This document shows, piece by piece, positions 39,737-53,128 of a DNA stretch of 64,000 nucleotides. Source of the DNA: Catajapyx aquilonaris (Eukaryota); assembly GCA_000934665.2 (NCBI GenBank), contig KZ538021.1:1-64000 (forward strand). Reading direction: 5' to 3'. Made by a program: the position numbers and the translations under genes. How positions within the stretch are numbered: the first letter of the stretch is position 1; every line of letters begins with the position of its first letter. The notes beneath the pieces are model-generated. The model searched no databases. It was not told the DNA's origin and saw nothing but the letters and a program-made list of their open reading frames with translations.

Positions 39737-42700
39737 TGGAAAACACAAATTAAGGAGACGTTTTAGACACTCCCCAGACTTTATTGGCCAGACGGTGCCA
39801 TTGTTTATCCAGCACTAATGATCCTGCAAAAAGCTGGCTGAATATTTCTGCGGGTTATATTCGTAAGGGCCCAACAGCAGCAACACGCATGCACCCGCAG
39901 AGAGCTAAATAATTGGTTTGTCGACTGTTTGTCACATCGGTACTGCCATTATTCGGTTCTGCAGGCAGCGCAGTTGGAGCTCTTTTTCTCTCTCCATCTG
40001 CTGGTTCTTTCCCTGCCCACATACATCAGATGTCCGTGCCGGACTTTTTATCACATGACGTGCAAATTTCCAGCCAGTAATTTGCACTGAGGGAAATAAA
40101 AGAGAGGAGCCAGTTTTGTATGCTAGGTGAAAATGAGCTTGTGGATTTTTTTTCCTTCCATATTGCTACATACTATATGCAAATGTCATTAGATTAAATT
40201 AAGGGAAAATTTTTATTGCGCAGAAACGTTGCGGTTAACGTTAATGAATGGTATGGGCTCTTACGCTCGTAATGACCTTTTAGTTATGGCGATGTTAGCA
40301 ACCAGCAACATTAAGGTAATTAGTTCTAATGGCATAATGGCGCTTTTATTGCGTAGTTATGCCCATCTTATAAGCTGACCTCACCATCTCATTGCACAGT
40401 CTACAACATTTACAATTTGCGACATGACTTGGTCTTAGTTAACTGCTCACCTGCTGCCAAAACAGCTATTGTTAAAGGCGTCGCAGTCCGGCCCATGCAT
40501 GATTAGCTGAAGCAGGCTTAATTAATTCTGTTTAATGATCTCAGGCGATTTTTTTCATACCCTGTAATTAAGGGCTTGATGCGCAGCTTTTATAACACTG
40601 CAATGCTGACGTTTCCGACCCTGAGAAAATGTATGTTGAAATCTGAATGAGAGGAGGGAGAAAAAACATGGGGGATCAATTATACGGAACATTGTTTTTC
40701 ATTCGTGCATATATTACGCCATAGCTCAAAGGCACATTTATCTTGTCAATCATGTGCGCCTTGTTAACGGAACGAGAAAACATTCGAGTGTGTATTTACT
40801 CTCAGGATATTCAACCAACATTAACACGACAGGACGGAAATTATTTCGTCAGTTTGGATAACTAGAGTGTTAAGAATCAAGGTCTCAGGTGTTGAAAACT
40901 AGCTATCGCCAAAACGAACAATGTGTGCGGATAAGAAGTATAGATACAAAAAAATAAAAAAAAACAGATCGAAATAAGAGAGGGCGGTTTTCTGCGTGTG
41001 AAAACCATTGCAAGCAGAGCCAACCCCATTTACTTCAATTGTAGGCTGCTCTATCACGAAATGGCCACTAAGTGCTTCCTTTCCGCTCATTCTTGCCTCA
41101 AATCAGTTCTGAATATAAAAAAAAGAGAATGTACAAGTACCAGTTTTCTATGCAATTTTTTTTTCTAATGTTCGTCGGACCCTGCTATTGCAAACTAGGC
41201 AGTTGTGAACCCCAATCTCTGTGAGAATGAGGGAAAATTGCAATAATTAGGCAGTGAAGCAGGAGGCGTGAGGTAGATAGCTGTAGTTTTTGGGGGAGAT
41301 AATGATATTCGAAGGAGGGTAGAATTTTTTTGATGGTCGTTTGAGCACATCTCCGTTGTTGATTAGCAGCCACTTCAACCAACATAGGAGCGACGATGGA
41401 AGCAAAAGAGAGAACACTGTTGATTACCCTCACAACAACGCGAGCTCTGGCTACCGATCTTCATGTAATTCAAGCGCCAAAGAGGTTTTTTTTATGAACC
41501 TGATCTGGAGCCTGAAAAGTACCGCGGTTATTGACCAGAAAAATAGTGTTCTGATTGCTGCGTTGGCTGTAAACAAGTAATATCTTTGATAATTTATCTG
41601 CACCACGTATTGTTCAGTTCTAACTTGTAATAAAAGAGTCATGCTGGTTGGCCAGAATAATATGAGGTCTCATCATAATTATTATGTAACAGCAGACACG
41701 TAACACTGCTTAATTACCTTTGAAGCTTACATGAAGGAACTTTTAGCACCCGTTACCATTAAAAGAAAAGTACAAAAAATTGTTTTTATGGAAAGTGAAA
41801 ATTCATGACATCTACCTGCAATTACATCTGGAATAAGCTGAAACCTGTCAGTTAGGAAATGCTTGATGGTGCAAGCGGAATATTATGGTAATTTTCTTTT
41901 TGCGGCTGGGAAGGCGGAAATGAACTTTTTGCTTTGTTTCATGATAATGGTGGTAAATTAGCATGCTCATCAGTGCCATTTATACGCAATTAGCAGTAGG
42001 AAAACGCAGTGTTTATGTCAAGCCATGAACGTAAAATGCAAAAATAATTTTTATGCATACACCAGTTACTGCATCTGTTTTCAGCATTGCATTTGGCACT
42101 TGACGACAACGCTCATTATTGAAGATTAAGTTGGAAGCAGATAAAACCGTAAGAGCATCATTTACTCAATTTGCTCTCTCTTTTAGAGAGTGTGGACGGT
42201 CTTTTGTTGGCAAAGAATACTCGCCCAAATAGTTGGCATGTCTAGCACGCCCATAAACAAGCCTTGGTGCTAAAGAGCCCCACTTGTCAAGCCCGTCTGA
42301 AACCAAAATGTGTGGTGTTGGGGGGGGGGGGGGATATACCATGCAGCAGGCAATATTAGTTGAAATATCACAAGTCACGAGCGCTGCCTCGCCCCTCGTT
42401 TGTATCGGGCGAATTAAGTGCCCGATTCATTTGCGCCCCGGGTTTAAATCTTCATTTGCTGACCCTGGTGACTTAGAGAAGACCTCGTGGGATCAACCCC
42501 CCATTGAAAAAAAAAGCCATGAAAGGGACCTTCATTTGCTTCCTAATGAAATACGAGGTTGGAGAAAATCCATCGATCTTTGTTCATTCTTCCCGTAAAG
42601 CCAAGACCAGTTTGCCATTGTGCTGAAAAATATACTCCAGCAAGAAAAGCATGGAAACAAAACCACGCCCTCTAAAAATTTTCTGGTGTGTTTTAACCAC

Positions 42701-45700
42701 GGGTGTTCGCATTAGTTTACGCGCCTTGGGAAAAAAAAATGTTGCCGAATTGCCCACCCACCAGCTGAAGTTGGTGAGAAGTCCCAGGGAAAAACGTTGA
42801 AGGAGAGAGAGATAAAAAAAAAAGGTGAGGTTATTTCTCCTCATTCGCTCTCTCCGCCCGTCTAGTTAAGATTCAAACGGACCCCATTTCCCCGCCAAAA
42901 GGATGATTTAAGAAGGACCCCTGTCGAGAGGAAGAAAAGACTTCTCCATCCTGAGGGATAGCTGGAAATGACTGCATGGCAGGGGGAAGAAGTTGGAAGA
43001 GGGGGGGGAGAAAAAAAAAGGAAGGAAGGGTCCCGTCACAAACACCCCAAAAACTTCACATCCCCACCACCTTCCCTCCATGAATTATTCCAGGTAAACC
43101 ATCCTCTCTTGACGCCTACGGTTGAGATAATGAGTTTAGAATGGCGGCAAGACACCTTGTTGGTTTAGTGGAGCGAGTGTAATGGTTTTCCAGTCCTGGG
43201 ATTGGATCCTGCTGGGGATGAAACTTGCAGCTGTGGCTTTGGATGGATAATATAATTTTTTTTTCGTAAAATGTATTCAACTAAATGGGCGGATTGCACC
43301 TTGTTTGTTTGTCATGTGACACGGCTGTGCCTCGTGCTTGACCCACTTTGACCTCGCCCACCTTGGGATGTCTGGTTATTAATATAACCGGGAGACGATC
43401 CAATCAGTCGATGGGATGATGAATTGTGGGGAGAAGGGAGACGTCGGATGGCGCTGAGGCCACCGACATCTTCAATCATGGGGCTTATCTGGATCGCAAA
43501 GTAAAGCAAGAGAGGGGCTACGGATGTAATATCTTCATTAGCTCCTTCTGGACAAGGTGTGTAACGCAGAGGGGGACGAGGAATGTTGCACTGCATGGTA
43601 TAAATTACATCCATGGTTGTACACATGATGCACTTACATGTCTGAAAAGTCCTATTTACGCTTGGATGCCCCCAACAGCCACGGACGTATTTCACGGATA
43701 TTTTTTTTGTGTGTGCTGCCTTGTAAGATTACAGGCGTGTTCTAAGTAGGCTGCCAACAAAACCGCCTGTTAACAAGCATTAGATCTTGAGCAAAGAGGC
43801 AGGAATCATGCGAAAAGCATTTGCGGTAATTTCAGCCACCATCTGTATACAGCGAGCTTACCATATGTTTAAGGCATATTTAAGAACCCAAATACCCGGT
43901 TAATAGCGGGCGTTAAGATTGCAGAGCAAGATTGCGAGCCACGAAGGGCCTCTCCAGATGGACTTTTCAGAGGCCCATATTTATCACGGAGCTGCTTCCA
44001 ACCACCACCACCACCACCACCCTTCGTCCTTCATGAGGTTGTAGCTGAAGTGCACGATTAGTATGCCGGCCAGTCCGATTGGGAAAAAGTCGGAGGGCCC
44101 CGGTGATTAGCCCCCCATTACGGTGATTTATACGTCATAATTTACGGCCTAATGTTAGAACAACAAGTGTCTGAAATTCTGTTTCCTGGCTGAAGGCTGA
44201 TTTATTCGCGGGCCCCTCTCCGGGAGGCGATGTTAGGCGCTGCAGCGCTTCCTTATTTCACTCACCTTGTAGGCACCACGCGGCGCAGGCGTGAAGAAAG
44301 AATAAAAATGGCTAACAAAAGCCAGGAGGACCAACTAACAACTGTATACTACGAGAAAGAGAGAGAGCCTGAGGAATGAGGCATCGCCCCAGGTTTTTTT
44401 TCAGAATAAAGGTTGGGTGTATAAGGCCCTAAGTTTTTATTCATGGTGAGAGAAAAACCTTGGGTGTCATTTGGGGGCCGTCCCAACCTTGTTTCCTGCA
44501 CGTGGATCTGCTTCACAGACGTTTAGACTGCTGTTTAAGTGCTGCTAGTTGGGGATCTGACTGATTCATGTGTGGCGATGGCTACCCCGGAGGAATTATT
44601 TTGGAACCGGGCATGGGCATGGCACCAGCACTGTCAGGGCACCTTTGGGTTGTATACCGGACTGGAAAGGAAACCATCACTTTAATGTCTGGCGCTCTTG
44701 TAGGCTTATTGTACCGGGAGTGGTTGGCACCAGGTGTGTAGCGCGTTTTCATTTGCCTACGACTATGGCTAAAGGAGGGGCTTTCCACTCCTTCTCGACC
44801 ACTCCAGGGTCATAAATTTTTGGGGACTGCAGATGACCGAGAACTTAACCCACGTACACTGTCTAGTCTGCAGTGTAAACAATTGGGAGTCAGAAACAAG
44901 CATCAGTATTTTTAGATCAACCTTCATGTGGGCAGGAAACTAATTAATTAGTGCAAGCCTTTAAACTGCTCTGTATTCCGTTGTAAAGCAACTTGATTGC
45001 CACATAACGAGCTATTGCAAAGCTACAAACACAGGTTGTGTACTCGCAGCAATCCCCTGTTTAATAATTTTGCAACACTATATACCTAATCTAATCTGGA
45101 TCTGGAAACGGCTCGCAAGGACAATGCGTACTGCTGGACTTGCCAATTACCAGACCAGCCCACGGCATTATTGATCAAGACGTATAGCGATTTTAAAATG
45201 TGAAAATGCCGTTGGTAACATATGCAAAAAAATATAGTGGACATGCGCGAATTACTGTCCAGCTGGTTACCACTAAAGAATAGACCAAAAACGGGAGGGG
45301 GGGACGCCCGGTAGTTGATAATAGTTGTTGATGAGAGTCGCATTATGCGAGGTTGGGAAGGTGAGTTACTAACAAGGTGAGATGAAGAGCATGGCAAAAA
45401 AAAACACGAAGGGTGTGAGCACACGAGAGAATCAGAGGGGGAGAAGTTGAAGGTAAGGTAAAGGTGTGTGGAAGGGGGGGGGGGGTACCTCCTGAGCAGC
45501 CGGGGGGGCCCTCGGGGTCAGCTGGCTAGATTGGGGCCACGTCAAGGCTTTGTGACCGAGCTGCCAAGAGCTGAAAGTGATATGGGGCCGGCCTGAATTT
45601 TAATGGGTTTCCAAAGCGGGCCGGATGACAGACAGCTGTACAAAGCGCTGGCGAATAGTGGCCGCGCTTGACATCATCAATTTAGAAGCGCAGGAGGGCC

Positions 45701-46327
45701 CAGCCACCAAGTTTTTTTCTTCTTCTTTATATATATAATAATAATATTCTTTATTATATTCGAGGGGGGACTATCCCTCCCAGCCCCAGGATTACTTCTG
45801 CTTCGTGGTCTGTTATGACACCCACCTTAAGTGTTTATAATGGTCAGATTTTCTTCGCCTGTTGGATTTCGTTCACACCACCCAGCTTGGATGATACGGC
45901 TTATTAACGAGAGGGAGGGTTTCTTCATCGCCCAGGGGGTCAAGTCTTAAGGAGAAAAAGAGGATGCATTGGGCGATAAGAGGGGGGCACACCTGGTTTT
46001 CTCGGCCGACCCCGGGGTGTAATATTGTTGCGGTAATTAAAATTGATTGAGGGCATCAGTTTTATCCTAGCCTGTAGGCAGCCGACGCGCGCAGGAGCTC
46101 ACCGGGAAGTGGATATCGCAGGCTCTGACCAAAAAAAAAAAGTGTGAAAAATATTGGCCACAAGGTCTTATATGATGGGGTCCTAGCCTTAATTTTGCAA
46201 ACCTATGTAAAAAATCGTCATTATTTTTAAATGAATTTTGCTTTTTTTCATTGTAAAAATACTTGTTAGTTTTCGAGCAATGGTCGTTCAAAGCTGATAT
46301 TCATTATATACGGTATCGTACTTCCAT

Positions 46328-46400
46328 GTGACGTCACTTGGCAAAGGCAGAAGTCGGAATGCACCCCTAAGTCACGCCCACTTTTTCCCGCCAATTTGAA
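46328..46400. promoter_or_regulatory. Cluster of CRE, KLF/Sp, E2F and CHR-like motifs
   Basis: GTGACGTCAC (46328-46337), CACGCCCAC (46373-46381), TTTTTCCCGCC (46382-46392) and TTTGAA (46395-46400). Motif match only; the context may be TE-derived. Confidence 0.3.
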
Positions 46401-47769
46401 TGACTTTTAAACCCCCGGTAATTTATCAAGGAATTATATTTTGGTGTGCTGAAAAGTGGTGGAATATTTGTGTACAAATTTCCCAAATCCCGCAGCTATA
46501 GGACCATGTTCAGTCATATTTTCTATCGTTCAACCAATTGGTGTGGATTGGAGCGCATCGTGACACCGGATGGCTGCCCCCTAAAATACTGATGAAGATC
46601 CAAATTAAATGGTGATCCTCAATTAATTCCAAAGGCTGGTCATAAAACACGGTCAATAATCTCGAAAAGAATAGGTTGCAAGGAAATAACTCTCCCCAAC
46701 GGCACATCACTTTTTTTTCTTCTTGCTTTCCACTCCTCCCCAAACAAGGTCCTGTAATAAACCTTTTTTCCCCCACTGTAATTTTACTGTATGTAGCATG
46801 TGGGTGAGTTTCCGAACACGTATAACTGTTCCTAGGGGCGAAGATTGCACGGAAACAGGTGTAGAACTGGGCGCTAAGTGGCCACACACTCGCAACAACA
46901 ATAACGAAGAAAAAAAAAACTTGAGCTCCTCGTTTGTTTACTCGTCACGGCGTCGTAAACAAGAGGAAAAACTAATGGTTGGTGACGTCTCCTTGGATGA
47001 TGCCCAGAAAGCCAAATCCGAGAGAGAGAGAGAGACTGGTTTACTAATTCCATGCATGTGAGCATCTATTGCCAACATTTACACCGCATTACTTTTGATA
47101 TTAAGCTCCGACCAGCCTTGAAAATAAATATAATATGAAAAGGGGTTTGATAAGTGTGAGGGGAAACATGATAATGATGCTCATCAGGGGGCCCTCTTTT
47201 CTCGGTTTTTGGTATGTAATGTATGCGGCTCTTTTTGTCACATCCAGCTTCGGTTAAAAAGGAATGTCAAGTATGTTTGTGAACCGTATGATGTAGCTAT
47301 AGAGGGAAAAAGGTTTTACGCTCAGATTGATCCGGATGCCACCTAACAATATGAGGTTTGATCCTATTTTCTGGTCAGCGGAGTTTTAAAAAAAGATGCT
47401 GCTGGCGGATTAGATCCCACCCTTATAATGGGATTAAATATTTTTCTCAGTGGGCCCCCTTTTTCAGGCTAATTTAAGTAATTAGAAGCGTAGAAAATGG
47501 AGGGGAAAAGCAGCTGATGGTCTCTGATGGCCCATAGGCGTTAAGAGTTTATTGGACTGGCACTGATAAGGCTTTAATTTATGGCGAAAGAGGGGGCTTT
47601 ATTGGTGATGAGCCTTCTAAATAGATGCAGGCAAATGGTATACCGGTACCGGCAGCTGTAAATGGGCACCTCGTGAGGTAAAACTGTGGTTTTAAAAAGG
47701 GGATAAAACACCATATAAGTGCCTGCACATTGTTGCTTTTACGGTTCGTGAGAAGAATTCACACTTTCC

Positions 47770-47840
47770 AACCCAATATTCAATCCAAATTTTGATAACA
47801 AATTTGAATTCAAATTGAATCAATATTTGAGCCCGATATA
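47770..47840. repeat. Degenerate ~12-bp tandem repeat
   Basis: Successive units CCCAATATTCAA / TCCAAATTTTGA / TAACAAATTTGA / ATTCAAATTGAA / TCAATATTTGAG. Confidence 0.4.
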
Positions 47841-50800
47841 GTACGTATCCAATTTAATTCGAATTTTTATTGTAATATTACAAGTATTTTTGGAACGTCC
47901 CATGCTGTCAATTGTGAGTAGCTTTATGCAAAAGTGTACCTAGTAAATAAAATCATCTGCATGTTTCCTATAGTGTGTATACAACACCAACATAACACAC
48001 CCATAAAATGTATACGTGGCCTGAAAAAAAACAAGATAGTTATCTCCGAAAATAACCCGCGTGTCAATTAATATATTGCGTCAGGGCTTTACAAGAGCCA
48101 TCAACATTGTTACGGGCATTGTTGAGCCCCGGGTGGAGGATGATTAATGAGGCAAGCGCTCCTCTTTCTCCAGGGCCCCTAAGTGTTATTGAGATGGAAG
48201 GTGTGGTGTCCCAAGCCGAAGGGAGTCTCCCCCTTTACCATCACCTATCTCACCTCCACCCTTTTTTTGACTTTGAAGATGGCTCTTCTTCTTTTTTTTC
48301 ATTCTCTCCACCTACCTACCTACCTTCATCTACTCTTCTTACCATCCTCCTCTTCTCTCCTGATGAAGCCGTGGCTGTCATGGACGGCCCCCGGGATGTC
48401 CTCTCGGACGGAAATGGCCGCCATATATTCTTAGGGGGGGGGCCCTGTGGATGCCAACTGGCATTCGGGGGGAAAAAGAAGCTGGTCGGGTAAAAACCAC
48501 GAGCTGCAATAATATCACCCATTTCTGATTGGGATCACAAGTCTCGAGGGAAAGATCGAGGGGGATCCTCTTACCAAAATCTTAAAACTATTTTTGACTG
48601 GTTTTTCACACCATCAGAGCTCCTCATTGTTGATTTTCACTGACGTATAAGTGAAGCAAATCAGTTGAAAATATTTTGTAAATTTATATAATATCAAAAC
48701 GCGCTGTTTTAGACAGACATAAAATTGCATTTTGAATTGATTGGTTGAGTAATTGAGTGGACAGGAGTGGATGCTACTTTAAGCGTGTAAAGTGTGGAAA
48801 TCACTCAAGTTGAGCAGACGACTACTCACACAATAATCTTACCATTTGCTCATACTTGTGAGGGATAAGCCGAAGCCTTCGTGTTGAGGGCCCATATTGA
48901 AATGTACAGGCTCCACTGGATTGCTACTGCTCAGAAGTTGCCTCTTCTTTTAAAAAAAATACATGGCGGTCATTACTCAAGACAGGAAAATCCGGCTGCT
49001 CAAAAGAATTACGCGGCGCTTTTAACAAACGTCCAAAATGTCAACACGGCGACCGGGCACAAATATGCCGCCTTCTTACCTTAGGCGAGGAAATGAGGAA
49101 GAAGAAGAAGCTGCGGGGATAGAAAAATGGGCGCCAGGTATATCCATTCGTTCAAAGAAGTAGGGGAACGAACCTTTGGAAATGGGGGAAAAAATAGTTG
49201 ACGACTTATATATAATCCGTCTCCAGCAAAATGGTGACAATCCAAGCCCGAGGTTGTCCGTCTCGAGCATAATTTTTTGGTGGGGGCTCGACCTTTTCCT
49301 AAAAAAGAAAAATGTTTGAGGGCAATCTTTCACTCCTAGGGCGGTAAGCACCGCTTTGATGAAATAATTTTTTTCCACCCACCCTACCTTCATATTTTAT
49401 TCATAATTTTTTGTTGTCGTTACAGGGTGAATCCCGATTGGTCATAGTGGCGAGAGAAAAATATTGGCGGCCATTGAGTCGAAGGGATGTATAGACAAGA
49501 AAAATTGCATTCTTCGTGCCAGGTGGTCCAATTTAATGAAGATGTTTTCATCCCGTATGTTTAAAACGAAGTTTGTCTTATTGTGCAAGCGTCATCTCTG
49601 GTTTTCCAGTTATTAATCGACGTGTCACGAGGACCGAGTGAGCCCATTTAATTTTGGAGGCTTGGCGCTTTTGCTATGCAAACACTTCGTTACTACCAGC
49701 CCTAGTCTCCCCTCAGTCGCAGATGCTTACTTAGTTAATCAATACCGTTGATTTTGATTGATATTGCTTGGCTCAGGACCTCGAGTCTTGTCGCCACCAG
49801 CAGAGAGGTTTGTCAACTAAGACTTGTTGCAAAAGTCAGGGTCTCCAATTTCGGGAAGTCCAACACATTTATGTGCTAGGGTCAAATGCTAATCTCACTA
49901 AGCAACAAGGTCCGTTGGGGTTTTTTTTTTTTTACCCCCTCACTATTTTTTTTATTAACCGACCAAACAGGTCTTGGTCATCGTTCGTGCTAATTCTTAC
50001 CCCCTCTATTTTTTATATATTAACACTTGGGCGTAAACTTTTGACCGCCTACTATCCAAATAAACTTCCCACTAATATTGAAATATGAAGTTTGGAAATT
50101 AATTTCGAGCCTCTCACCCTGTTGGACACTAAAAAGTATATACTTATTTTTTATGCTGCTGAACAAGAACCAATCAGTCCCAGTTTTTTTCCTTAATTGG
50201 ACTCCGCCTCCGCTCTTAATTGGTTAATAAATTATTCACGTGCTTGTTTGTTGGACCGGAAACAAAGCTGGTGCTGGATATGTAACGAGGTCTGAAACAT
50301 GTAGTGTTGGTGTGTGTGTGTGTGAAAAGAAAGAGAAAATGTGTGGAGTTTCGTAAAGGTGTGTTCGAAGAATGGAGGTAAAAAAAAAAAGAGTGGGCCT
50401 AATTCGTAGCCGGATGGTGTTTGTCCATCCCATCCCGCCCCTTGAATTATAAGCTTGGGGAAGGTTTAATTTGTAGGGATCACAGGGAGCTGGGAGGGAA
50501 AAGAACACGTATGAGAGGGGAATGCTCAAGGCTTTTTTCTCCGCCCTGTTTCTCCAAAAAATTCCACTATCATTCGCTGGCACATGTTCAAGACCATGAC
50601 AATTCACCAAAATCCAAGCTATTCAGAGAGGCTGTCTATAACTGCGGTGCATTTAACTATTTAAGGCAGCCCCATGTGGTGGGAAACCTTCGATAACAAT
50701 GGCATCTGCATACAGGCTGTTAACAGGCCCTAAGCTCGTCATACACAGTGATTGAGCGCCTGTTATTCTTTCTCTTTTGAGTGCCGGATGGGTCGTTAGT

Positions 50801-53012
50801 GAGAAGGATAGATCTCCCGCGGCTTTAACCCGATCCCTGGCTGATTGTGACATACTCGGTTTGGGCAGCAAACGTCTCCCATTCCATTCCTCACCGGGTG
50901 ATTTACTGGCATGTAACAGCGGATGGAGAACCAGTACAAGTCCTGGCCCTAGGTTTATGGCCCTCCCTGCCTTGCAGACAACTTCATAAGAAAAAAGGGG
51001 GGCAGCCCAGAGCCACAGCATAAGGAAAGTGATGCCTTCTTCTTCTTCTTTTTGGGTCCGACCAATTTGGTCCACTTGGCAGGAATGGAGGGGGGGGGGG
51101 GNNNGGGGGGGAATTCCATGCGAATCACTTTGATAAGAAACGAGCTCCGTCTGCGTGTTTCTACCAACTAACGTTTCCCTAATGAGAGTGAATGTCGAGC
51201 CTTGTCCATTCCTTCTCACCCGGAAAGCGGCTCTATTAGCGTCACTTCTCTCTCCCCTGCCCCTTATCCGCCACTATACAAGGAGAAAACAACCAAAAAT
51301 GTGCTCGTTTAATTAAACGGATAAAGTTATGTCGGGTGGCCAGGTGATTGATAAAGTGAACTTAAAAGCGACGGGGTTTTCTGGGGACCCCGGTGTATAG
51401 GAACCCTGTTTAACACATTCCTGGAAGAAGAATGAGAAAAAAACGTGCTGGACTATCCTGCTCGGATCTCCTTGTTTGGAAAGTGTTTAAAAATATTGGA
51501 ACATTTCCTAAATCTCTGGAGTAGGCGATCAACAAGCGGATAAAGCAATTAATTGCTGGCCGTAAAAGTGTGTAGGAAGTGATTAGTTCTTATTATAAAC
51601 CATGCATGATTATTAGGGAAGTTTGAAATGTACGGTTCCAATTATCGAAATTATGAAAGCCTTACAGAAATACCTTTAAAAAGTTTGCAGAAAAAAAGAG
51701 GAAATGCTCCATTGGCATTTAACAACTGACGGAAGTTATTCATTAGCCTAAATAATGGTCATACTGCATAAGGAAATCCTTTGAGAGGAATTCACAACTT
51801 GTTTTGTAAACTTTATCCTTAATAACGAATGAGTATACACTTACACCAATTGTATTCAGTTGGCAAGCGTTTAAAAAAATACGTCTCATAACATTTTGTG
51901 GTGCTAAATATGACAATAATTTATTCCCAAGTAACATGCGACTTGGTTACAAAACTCTTTATTTACAGCCTGGCGCGTAAGTTAGGCTGTTTAGTTAGAG
52001 GCTAGGTCAGGTAATGCTTGCGGTAACCGTCTGGGGGGTTATAGGCTAAGCAACAGTGAAGCTCGCCAAGGTTCATAAACTGCCCGGGCCATAACTGACA
52101 CGTCATTCGTCCCTAAATCACCTTTATGCAGTCACATTATATACCGGTGCTACACCCATGCCATAATATCACGAGTTAGTGACCAAACTGCACAAACGAC
52201 TGGTTTTTAAAAGCTAGACGTGGTCACAAAAAAAAGCAGGTCTTGCACCTGGAGGTGTCATGATTATAAGCATTCAGCTTCTCAAGGCGTGCCTATGACA
52301 TAAAAATTATTTTTTCTTCTTTTTATTTTGAAAACGTGTGCCACATCTCCTGAAGCCAGGCCCCGGATTTTGTTCCAGGCTCATTTTCTAGAACAAAGGA
52401 TGCTGGGCCAAGCACATATTAAAACTGGGAGGGACATAAAGGACACATTTCTTCGCTGAGGGAGACTTTCAGCCGTCCACTTTGAGGGCGATAATATCTC
52501 CTTTTAAAACCCTGGAGAATAACTAGCAGAACAGGTTGAATACGACAAAATGCTTTATTCCCCCAGCAAGCGAGCAGCCCATTCCGTTTCCGTGTATTCA
52601 GAGAGGGCCACTGCGGATAAGCAAAAAGGACATCTGTTTCTTTTGTTTCGTGTGGGGGAAGACTGGAGGTGGTATAATTCAAAGGTACAGCACGCGGATC
52701 ATATTTCACCTACTGTATTTTATTAGGCGGACATGGCCATTCCGGAAATTCCGGATATGCCTTTCGAGTTGGAAACGACTTCTTCCATTCGGAGTGTTAT
52801 AAAATGTCGTTTTTTTGTCCATCAGGTTTTTTAATGATAATTTTACTACTTTTGAGTGGGGAGAATGGACAGGGTGAAGGAGAACATGTTATAAGATTAG
52901 TCGTCCTTCTGTGTCTGTCCTATAATCCCTCAGCATCTTCGTCCTGAACAATGTTCACCAATATTTTATTAACACTTCAGCAAACAGGTTGCAATAAGAA
53001 GTTTCCTGTACA

Positions 53013-53128
53013 TTATAACAGCACTAGTTCTTCCTCTCACCCACCAGAGGCGCTGCCTCTCCCATTGCGCAGGCGCAGAACGGGAGCAAATCGGAATCGT
53101 CCCGCAAACAATATACGGTGGTCCATTA
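53013..53128 (-). repeat. Dispersed ~110-bp repeat, copy 2
   Basis: Diverged inverted copy of 20570-20678. Confidence 0.75.

Noticed and set aside
41341..41580. Hydrophilic short ORF that could be an exon
   Set aside because: No convincing splice sites and no recognisable homology.
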